Assembly: GCA_964647595.1 (NCBI GenBank)
Contig: CAZYGH010000010.1
Location: forward strand, 20,362 to 84,361
Length of the DNA: 64,000 nucleotides
Direction of reading: 5' to 3'
Source: an uncultured Verrucomicrobiota bacterium
GTDB lineage: Bacteria; Verrucomicrobiota; Kiritimatiellia; CAIQIC01; Lenti-01
Part shown: positions 9,027-17,204 of the stretch, piece by piece
Layout: each line of letters opens with the position of its first letter
Position numbering within the stretch: the stretch's first letter is position 1
Position numbers and translations under genes: made by a program
The notes under the pieces: generated by a model
What the model saw: only the letters and a program-made list of their open reading frames with translations
What the model was told of the DNA's origin: nothing
Database searches by the model: none

Positions 9027-9802
9027 AGGTGGTGGGAATCGATGCGGGATCGCGGACGATCAAAATCGTCCTCTATGACGCGGAGCAACGGCGGGTGTTG
9101 GGCCGTCGCCTCTGCGACCAGGGCGTCCGGCAGGAAGCGCTTGCGGCGGAACAACTCGACGCGCTGTTGGCGGAGTTGGGGCTGGCTCGGAATCATCTCC
9201 GGCGCATCGTGGCCACGGGCTATGGACGGGCGGCACTTCCTTTCGTCCATGAAACCATCACGGAGATCACGTGCCATGCGCGCGGCGTTCGCGAGCAAAC
9301 GCCAGAGGCGGAGATGGTGATCGATATCGGGGGACAAGACAGCAAGGCCATCTGGATCGATTCGCACGGAGAGGTGCGGGATTTTGTGATGAATGAACGG
9401 TGTGCTGCAGGAACCGGGCGGTTTTTGGAAGTGCTGGCCGCTCGACTGAACATCGCTGTGAACGATCTTGGCGCTCAGGCGGCGGGGAGTGTTTCTCCGG
9501 TGCCGATCAATAGCACGTGCGTGGTGTTTGCCGAAACGGAAATTGTGGGATTGTTGGCTAACAACACAGACCCGAAAGACATTGCCGCCGGGGTATTGAA
9601 ATCGATGGCGGCACGCATGGCCTCGATGATCGGCCGTCGTGCCAAGGAACCCATTTTGCTGACTGGCGGAGTGGCGCGAGTTCATGGAATGGCCGATCGG
9701 TTGGCAGAGGCCATGGGTTGTCCGATTCGCATTGCGCCGGATCCAGAATATACGGGTGCGTTGGGTGCGGCGTTGCTGGCGGCGGCTGGCTTGTGCGCCT
9801 GA
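9023..9802 (+). CDS. ATP-dependent Fe-S activase (HgdC/YjiL/BcrAD-BadFG family)
   Basis: GIDAGSRTIK, ATGYGR, EITCHARG, IDIGGQDSK, MNERCAAGTGRFLE, STCVVFAE. Confidence 0.93.
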   Translation: MKVVGIDAGSRTIKIVLYDAEQRRVLGRRLCDQGVRQEALAAEQLDALLAELGLARNHLRRIVATGYGRAALPFVHETITEITCHARGVREQTPEAEMVIDIGGQDSKAIWIDSHGEVRDFVMNERCAAGTGRFLEVLAARLNIAVNDLGAQAAGSVSPVPINSTCVVFAETEIVGLLANNTDPKDIAAGVLKSMAARMASMIGRRAKEPILLTGGVARVHGMADRLAEAMGCPIRIAPDPEYTGALGAALLAAAGLCA

Positions 9803-9808
9803 ACGGCG

Positions 9809-11752
9809 TCACAATTCTAGTTGGCGGTCGATCCATTCCATCCACCACGTCAAAACGCTTCGGACGAACAGCAGGAACTGTTGCCAGCGTGTGGGATGGG
9901 CGGGTCGCGGAGGAGTGGAGAACGGTTTGGGGTGCTCAAAGGTCTGTTGGACGGCGGATTCGCTGGCGGCCGGCAGCGTGAAATCCTTCGGGTTCATTGT
10001 GCAAAGGAAAGGTCCCGGCTTGTAGTTGCCGACGATTCGATACGCTCCAGGAGTGAGGTGGCCACTCCATGTGGCCGAACAGGAGAATCCTCATCCATAC
10101 TCGAACGAGCCGGAAGTGATTCGTTCCCCATCGGGTTTGATGATCCGATAGGTGGGCTCCTCGGGGCGGTTCGTGTCGCGCTTGGCCAACTTGTGCTGCG
10201 TATGGGTTCCAGAGATTCGGCGAAGATCGGTGATCTGCTCGTTGACTGAACCGATTAAATTAAAGGTGATCCTCAAGGCCCCTTTGGCGACGGCTTGCTG
10301 GAGAGACCAATCGGCAATGGAAATGACCGCTTGCAGGGGTTCACCGATGGGCAGCGAGACGGAGCCATTCAGGGGCACGGTGATGGGGGAGGAGTCGCCG
10401 CTTCCCGTTGCGCGGAGGAGCCATTCGTCGCCCCATCCATCGGTTTTGATTTGCTGATAATCCATCAGGCGATACGTGCCTGAAGGGACGTCGATTCGTT
10501 CGCCAGTCCGAACCATCATGATCCCTCCGGAATCCGTTGTGGACAGCAAGGTCATCGAGCGGATGGGGGAGGGCAGTTCCAGGGTCCCGAGATCGGTCTG
10601 CCAAGGGGTCAGCGTCATGTGCCCGGCCGGGATGTCGATCTGGACCTCGAAAAGGTGATCCCCAAGAGCGAGATAACGGCCCAGCATAAGTCCATCAGTT
10701 GAGGCAATGCGAGCGGATGCGGCGATAAAGAAGGAGTCACCCTGTGCGTTCAATCGTTGTTTCGAATAGGGTCTGTCTTTTTCGAGAAGGGCCATTTGGT
10801 CAAAGGAACCGTTGGCGGTGGAATCGCCCAGCGCGACGCGGTAGCCGATTCCATCCAGCGCCAGTTCTCCCAGATAGGAGCAATAGGGCATGGCGAGTAC
10901 GCGCATGTTTCGCACCACTTCGGAATCTTCCAAGTCGCCAGACGGTTGTTCCGAAATGTTTCCGTTGAGACGAAGGTTGAGGCAATACGGCATGCGGTGT
11001 CCCCCCACATCGATTTCCAGATCGATGGCAGGGAATGAACAGTCGAAATAGCTGCTTTGGGAGAAGGTTCTGGCCTTGCCATCTAGGGGTTCGTCGTCCG
11101 TCAAATCGTGATTTCCATTCCGGTCGAAGTAGGCGCGTTTGTAGAGGGAGGTGGCGGCGGGTGGCTGGTCGAAGGCTGCGAGAAATGTCGATTGGCCCAG
11201 CGTGATGACCGTAAACAGAGGACGAGAGCCTTCGAAGTCCGGCAATTTCCAGTCGCCCGCCGGAGGGATAGTTTGAAGCGGACAAAAGGCATACCCGACG
11301 GGTCGAGAGGAAGAGCCGTTTTCTGAGTATCGGTCGTAGAAAAGCGGAACTTCGATTCTTTGCTCGGTTGTGCTGGCGTGCTGTTGACGGGCACGAAAGG
11401 TGTCGAGATCGTCTGGAATGACAAGGATCGAACTCGACCGGCCCCGTTTCTTACGAGTTTCGCCGGAACTTTTCCAGTCGAGAAGCCACTTTTCCTCGAC
11501 CTTGAAATTGTAGGTATAGGTGCCGTCGTCCAAGGTCAACGTTTTGCGCCAGATGCCGTTCTCGTTGGACATCCGGGAAGAATCGGAGATTTTTTCGTGG
11601 TTGAACGAGCCCACCAAATCGACGCGATCCGCTTCGGGCATCACGATGGAAAAATCGACCTCGTGCGATGCGGCGATGGAGGAGAGTGACAGCGCGAGAA
11701 AACAGGCCAAGCCCCCCCGGACTTTCTGTTCCGTTTTCCGTTGCGCTTTCAT
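9809..11752 (-). CDS. Putative exported selenoprotein (FEYG-U-GFSC), paralog 2, with an N-terminal CBM48-like domain
   Basis: Signal peptide, VDLVGSFN...GIWRKTLTLDDGTYTYNFKV, and YFDRNGNHDLTDD. In-frame TGA (10093-10091) continues 93 codons into ORF 9809..9997. Confidence 0.85.
10060..10076 (-). promoter_or_regulatory. Putative SECIS hairpin
   Basis: Minus strand GGCCAC-ATGGA-GTGGCC, 14 nt after the UGA. Confidence 0.8.
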
Positions 11753-11797
11753 GAGGGGCAGGATGCTGGATGGAAGTGGAGGAGTCAAGTTGGCTTC

Positions 11798-13753
11798 CTA
11801 TGCAAGGAGTTGATCGATTCCCTTCACCAGACCTGCCAACAGCCAGCGAATGAAACACAGGAACCATTGCCAGAGGGTCCATTCGGCGGCGGGTGTCGTC
11901 GAGGGTAGGGTGGATGGAGTTTCGAATTCCTCGGCGTTTCCTATAGCCTTCGGAAGGATGAAATCATGCGGGGAAACCGTGCACGCAAAGGGACCCGCCG
12001 CATATTTGCATGCGATTCGGTATGGACCAGGGGTGAGGGGGCCACGCCATGTGGCCGAGCAGGTGAATCCTCATCCATACTCGAATGAGCCGGATGTGAT
12101 CAATTCCCCGTCGGGCTTAATGATTCGATAGGCGGGTTCCTTTGGACAGTTTGATTGGCGAACAGATGTTTCGTGCTGAGTGCGGGAGCCTGAAATACGC
12201 CGGAGGTCTGTAATGATTTCGTCTCGATGGCCGCGGAGCAAAAACGACATGCGTAGGGAACCGGCGGCCACCGCCCGTTCACGAGCAGAATCGGCGATTT
12301 TCACGAGGCTTTGCAGGGGTTCACCTACATCCAGATGGGCCGAGCCGTTGTTCGGAACGGCCACCGCAGGATTTTCGCCGCTTCCTGCCGCGCTGAGAAC
12401 CCACTGGTCTCCCCACGCGTCTTTCTTCAACAGGGAATACGTGAGCAGGCGCCATTCTCCGGACGGAACCGGGACTTTGTTCCCTGTGTCCACCATCATA
12501 AGACCTTTGCCCTTGGAGGAAATCAGGTTCATCGACTGCATGGAGTTGGGGAGTTCCAGAGTCCCCACATCACTTTCTCGAGGTTGCAAGAGGAGAGTGC
12601 CCCGTGGAAGGTCCAAATGAACATCAAAGAGATGATCGCCGACGATCAAGGAATTGCCAAAAAGAAGAGAATTTTTTCCCGAGAAATAGTTATTCCGGGT
12701 GATCAGGAAGGAATCGCCACGGGGATAGAGCCGTTGATTTGGCGTGTCTGCGCCTTCGGGGAGCTCGATGGTGTCTCCAAAGAGAGCATTGCCCGTGGCG
12801 TCGCCAAGCGCCACGCGATATCCAATGCCATCTAGCATAAACTCGCCCATGTAGGCGCAGGAGGGCATCGCGTAGAGAATCATGTTGCCCAGATTTCTCT
12901 CATCCGGCTGGTCTGACTCAGAAAAGGAGCCATTGAGGGTCAGGGTAAATCGATACGGTTGTACGCGGCCCTTTGCGGCCACTTGAATGTCGACGGGAGA
13001 AAAGGTGTAGTAAAAAGAACCCTCGCTAAAAGTGCGCTTGGAGTTGACCGCAATCGGTTCCTCATCGGTCAAGTCGCGATTTCCGTTTCGGTCAAAGTAA
13101 ATACGGTCATAGAAAGGCTCGTCTTCGTTTGTCTGATCCAGAATGGCTAGAAAGGTTGAACCACCCAGTTCGATAGGGCAATAGAGGGGTTCCGTTATGG
13201 TGAAGGCGGGAAACTTCCAATCGCCGCTGGGCGGCGTGGTGGCAAGAGGGTGATGTCCGTATCCCCCCGGACAATAGGCGGCGTTCTGCTCTGGAAAGGC
13301 CTGATAGAAAAGAGGAATTTCAATGCCTGCCTCGGTTTGGCGCGCTCGTTGAAAACGGGCGGAATATCCCGTCAGGTCTTCGGGGATGATCAAACGGGAA
13401 TGATAGATTCCATCCTCTTCTCTGATTAGCCGCAGACTTTTCCAGTCACTAAACGTATCCCGACCGGAATTTTCACCGCCCACCACCTTGAAGTAATAGT
13501 CAACGGTTCCTTCCTCCAAGGAGATTGTTTTTGTCCAGACGCCGTTTTCATTCTTCATCAGCGAATCGTCCGTCATTTCCCCATGATTGAAAGTGCCCAG
13601 AAGATAGACGCGTTCGGCATCGGGTAGGAGAATGGAGAAGTCGACATCCTGCGGGAGTGCGATGGAAGAGAGGACGGACGCGAGCAGGGCTCCGAGGCTC
13701 CAAAGAGCTTTCTGTTTCCGATGCAGATTCCAACTAGGTAGCGCCGCTTTCAC
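11798..13753 (-). CDS. Putative exported selenoprotein (FEYG-U-GFTC), paralog 3, with an N-terminal CBM48-like domain
   Basis: Colinear paralog of 9809..11752. In-frame TGA (12073-12071) continues 90 codons to TAG at 11800-11798. The GTG start at 13753 is inferred from alignment with paralog 2. Confidence 0.85.
12040..12056 (-). promoter_or_regulatory. Putative SECIS hairpin
   Basis: Minus strand GGCCAC-ATGGC-GTGGCC, 14 nt after the UGA. Confidence 0.8.
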
Positions 13754-13911
13754 GGGATGAAGAATGGAGCAAGGAGAGAATAGAGTCAAGATGGAGAAGA
13801 CCCCCCATAAACCGAATACCCCAACCCAAACGATGCCATCCGCATGGGGAAAGGAACGGGAGGCAGAGTCGGTTTCCGCGTGCGGAGCGCGTTCCACAGT
13901 GTGGAAAACTT

Positions 13912-13943
13912 GAGCTATCACTTATAATTATAAGTGATAGCTC
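13912..13943. promoter_or_regulatory. Perfect 32-bp palindrome in a divergent intergenic region (candidate operator)
   Basis: GAGCTATCACTTATAA|TTATAAGTGATAGCTC. Confidence 0.5.
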
Positions 13944-13962
13944 GGAAGGCGCGGCTCTTCCC

Positions 13963-13992
13963 TTGACATGCCTCATTTTGAAAAGGTACGGT
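13963..13992 (+). promoter_or_regulatory. Sigma70-like promoter of the porin-hydrolase genes
   Basis: TTGACA-18 nt-TACGGT upstream of ATG 14000. Confidence 0.45.
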
Positions 13993-13999
13993 TTCCCTC

Positions 14000-15237
14000 A
14001 TGCGCATGCATAAAATGTCGTTTTCAGCCCTTCTTTTTGGGCAAATCCTAAGGCATGGGCCCCTTCATCGTTTCGCCCTTGCGGTATTTTTGTTAGTTCT
14101 TCCTTTTCGAGCCACTGCCCAGCAACAGGGTTCGCACGGCGCCTATCTTCACAGAGGCTTTGATGCGGCTTGCGACTTTCGGGAGTCTCTTCAATCGGGT
14201 CACGGTCTGGAGCTGGGAGGCTTGCTCAATGCGCAGTCTCAGTCGCTCTTAAGCAGCCCGTATAACAGCGGCAAGAATCGCAGTTCCGCATACTATTGGC
14301 TGCAGGCTGATAAAACCCTTTGGCCTGGTGCGAGCTTCATTGTCGAAATCGAAGGTGGCTGGGGGGAGGGACTGGATCGTCTGGTGGAAACATATTCCGT
14401 GTTAAACGGCAATGCCGGGGAACCTTCCACCTTGTACATTCCCAAAGCGTACCTGACCCAATCTTTGCTGGATGAACGGTTGACGATTTATGCCGGCAAG
14501 TTGGATTTGAGCAGCTGGTATGATCTGAACGATGTCGCGAACAGCAGCGATATTCAATTTCTTTCTTCCTCCCTGGTTTATAACTTGGCCATTCCTTTTC
14601 CTGCAAAAGGATTGGGCATGATGGCTGCTTTTTCACCCTCCGACGCGTGGTACATTCAGTCCGGTTTTTCCGATGCGCAAGCTGTGTCCACCCACACAGG
14701 CTTCGATACCGCGTTTGCAGACGATGCGCGAATGTTTGCCATCGCCGAAGCAGGATGGTGTCCCGTCATACGGGAGCGCCGCGGACACTACCGTTTTATG
14801 ATCTGGTACAATCAGCTCGAATATCCGCGTTTTGATGAACAGGGAGACGAAGCGGGAAGTCCGGGAGGGGCATTCAGCTTCGATCAGGGCATTCATGATG
14901 TGGTCACCCTGTTTTGCCGATATGGGAATGCGGATCCAGATGTTTACACAATCGAACACTTCTGGTCATGCGGTGCTCATTCACCCAATGTGTGCCTGTG
15001 CGTCCCAACGACGTGCTTGGATTGGCGATGGCTCAATCCATCTTGAGCAAGAAATATCGTGACAGCTTGGAGGAAAGTTCAGGACCGTCGGAAACGCTAT
15101 ATGAGGTATATTATTTGATGCCTTTTGGCGATTATGTGACCTGTACCCCGGTCGTGCAGTATGTTCACCATCCCCTCGGTGAGACGGATGCGGAAGCCGT
15201 GCTGACGGCCGGCTTGAGAATGGTGCTGTCATTTTAA
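14000..15237 (+). pseudogene. Carbohydrate-selective porin (OprB family), frameshifted near 14980
   Basis: ORF 14000..15046 is the N-terminal part (AGKLD, FSFDQ, LFCRYG). The overlapping frame supplies RPNDVLGLA...ETLYEVYY...TPVVQYVHHP...GLRMVLSF with a terminal Phe. Confidence 0.75.
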
Positions 15238-15250
15238 CAAGGAGAAAACC

Positions 15251-17047
15251 GTGAAGAATTCAAGTGTTATGGTTGCGACATGGATCGTGTATGCATTAAT
15301 GGTTTTGCTGGCGTCCCCGACATTCTCGGAAGAAACTCCCTCGGCTGCCTCTGAAAAACCGTATTATGAGACCACAAACGTTGACATTCCCATGCGGGAC
15401 GGCGTGGTGTTGAGGGCTGATATTCGACGCCCTGCCGCAGAGGGTAAATATCCGGTTCTGATTTTCCGAACCCCTTACGACAAGGAAGAGGGCGATCCCG
15501 ACAATGAGAAAACATTTAACGCAGCCGTCCAGCGCGGTTATGCCGTGGTCATTCAGGATGTCCGCGGACGGTTTGCATCGGATGGCGAATTCGTGCCTTA
15601 CGAAAATGAGGGACGGGATGGGTATGACACCATCGAATGGGCTGCGGTCCAACCCTGGTCTACCGGAGAAATTGGCACATTCGGCCTTTCCTATCCAGGC
15701 GCGGTTCAATGGCTGGCGGCGGTGGAGAATCCGCCGCATCTGAAAGCCATGGTGCCGGCCATGTGTTTTTCAACCCTGCGAGAATGCATCTATTTCGGTG
15801 GCGTGTTTGAATCCGCCTGGGTGAGCTGGATTTACAAGTATATCACGCCCGACATCCGCGTGAAAAAAGATTTGACGGGGCCCAAAACCATCGAAGAGGC
15901 AACCGTGGAATGGGGGCGCTTGGGTGGAACGGATTACATGCAAGGGTCGTGCCCGAGCTTGTTGATGCCCCATCTCCGTGATGCCGCGCCATTTTATTAT
16001 GATTGGCTGGAACATTCGCCCTATGACCCGTGGTGGAATTGGGGGGATGTGAATCGCAAGTATGACCAGGTGCAGGCGGCGGTGCTGAATCTTTCGGGGT
16101 GGTATGATGAACCCTACGGCACCCAGGGGGCCATTGCCAACTACCTGGGATTGCTCCAAAATCGAGTCGGCGCTGACCCTCGCACTCGGCTACTTATCGG
16201 ACCGTGGATTCACGGCGTAGACGCCACTGGCGCAGCCTGCGCAGGAAATCGCGTGTTTTCCGAATCCGCTCGACTGGACTACCATTCGGTGGTTCTGGAT
16301 TGGTTGGATTATTATGTCCGCGGGATTTCCAACAGCGTTCCATGTTGGCCGAATGTCATGGTATATTTAATGGGGCGGGAAGAATGGTTGAAGTCCGATG
16401 TGTGGCCGTTGCCGGAGATTTCCGGGCAACCCCTGTATTTTGGCGACCATGGGGCACTGGTTCCCTCCATCCCGGAGGAGGACGGGTTTAGTGCGTTTGT
16501 GTCAGACCCGGCCAACCCTGTGCGGGATGAGTTGGATACGAATTTTGGGGCTTATGACTTGCGTAGCCTTTCTGATCGCCCGGATGTTCTCACCGTGGAG
16601 ATGCCGCCGGTGGAAAACGATCTGGATGTCGTCGGCCACATCCTCGCGGAAATCTATGTTTCCAGCGACGAAGCCCCCGATTTTGATATTTATGCCAAAT
16701 TATTGGACGTAGCGCCGGATGGCACGGCGTTCAATCTGGAAAGTGCCGGCCACGAAGTCATTCGAGTCAGTTACCGGAATAAAACCGCAGATCGCCAACT
16801 GCTGAGCCCGAACGAAGTGGTGAAATTGTCGTTCGACAATCTGCTGACCGCCAACACCTTGAAACCGGGACATCGTTTGCGCGTCTGTCTTATGGCCTCT
16901 TGGTTCCCGACCTACTCCCGCAACCCGCAAAATGGTGAACTGGAAACAACGAGCGGAAACTGTAGGAAAGCCACCATTCGCATCCATCATGGCCCGCAAT
17001 ACCCATCCCGTCTGGTGTTGCCCGTCCATAGGGCGGAACAGCATTGA
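15251..17047 (+). CDS. CocE/NonD family serine hydrolase, secreted
   Basis: IPMRDGVVL, RTPY, QDVRGRFASDG, nucleophile motif GLSYPG, GWYD, GPWIH; signal peptide; AAGGAG RBS. Confidence 0.93.
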   Translation: MKNSSVMVATWIVYALMVLLASPTFSEETPSAASEKPYYETTNVDIPMRDGVVLRADIRRPAAEGKYPVLIFRTPYDKEEGDPDNEKTFNAAVQRGYAVVIQDVRGRFASDGEFVPYENEGRDGYDTIEWAAVQPWSTGEIGTFGLSYPGAVQWLAAVENPPHLKAMVPAMCFSTLRECIYFGGVFESAWVSWIYKYITPDIRVKKDLTGPKTIEEATVEWGRLGGTDYMQGSCPSLLMPHLRDAAPFYYDWLEHSPYDPWWNWGDVNRKYDQVQAAVLNLSGWYDEPYGTQGAIANYLGLLQNRVGADPRTRLLIGPWIHGVDATGAACAGNRVFSESARLDYHSVVLDWLDYYVRGISNSVPCWPNVMVYLMGREEWLKSDVWPLPEISGQPLYFGDHGALVPSIPEEDGFSAFVSDPANPVRDELDTNFGAYDLRSLSDRPDVLTVEMPPVENDLDVVGHILAEIYVSSDEAPDFDIYAKLLDVAPDGTAFNLESAGHEVIRVSYRNKTADRQLLSPNEVVKLSFDNLLTANTLKPGHRLRVCLMASWFPTYSRNPQNGELETTSGNCRKATIRIHHGPQYPSRLVLPVHRAEQH

Positions 17048-17204
17048 TTGTGCTCCGCGCCAACGATGCCTGTTCGTGTTCCTACGGTTGTGCCTTTGCT
17101 GAGGACAAGCCTCCATGTAAATAATGAGCGTTGAATGCGCGGGGGTGGAGGGTTAGCATGGACGGGATCAACAAACTGAAACGCATCTTGGGGAAGCCTG
17201 TCTT

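Noticed and set aside
9794-9830. Activase ends LCA-TGA, a possible C-x-U
   Set aside because: No hairpin at the 14-nt position, the family normally ends here, and a convergent gene ends 6 nt away.
13754-13921. Extended N-terminus of ORF 12071..13921
   Set aside because: It runs through a family A repeat and lacks a counterpart in paralog 2; GTG 13753 fits better.
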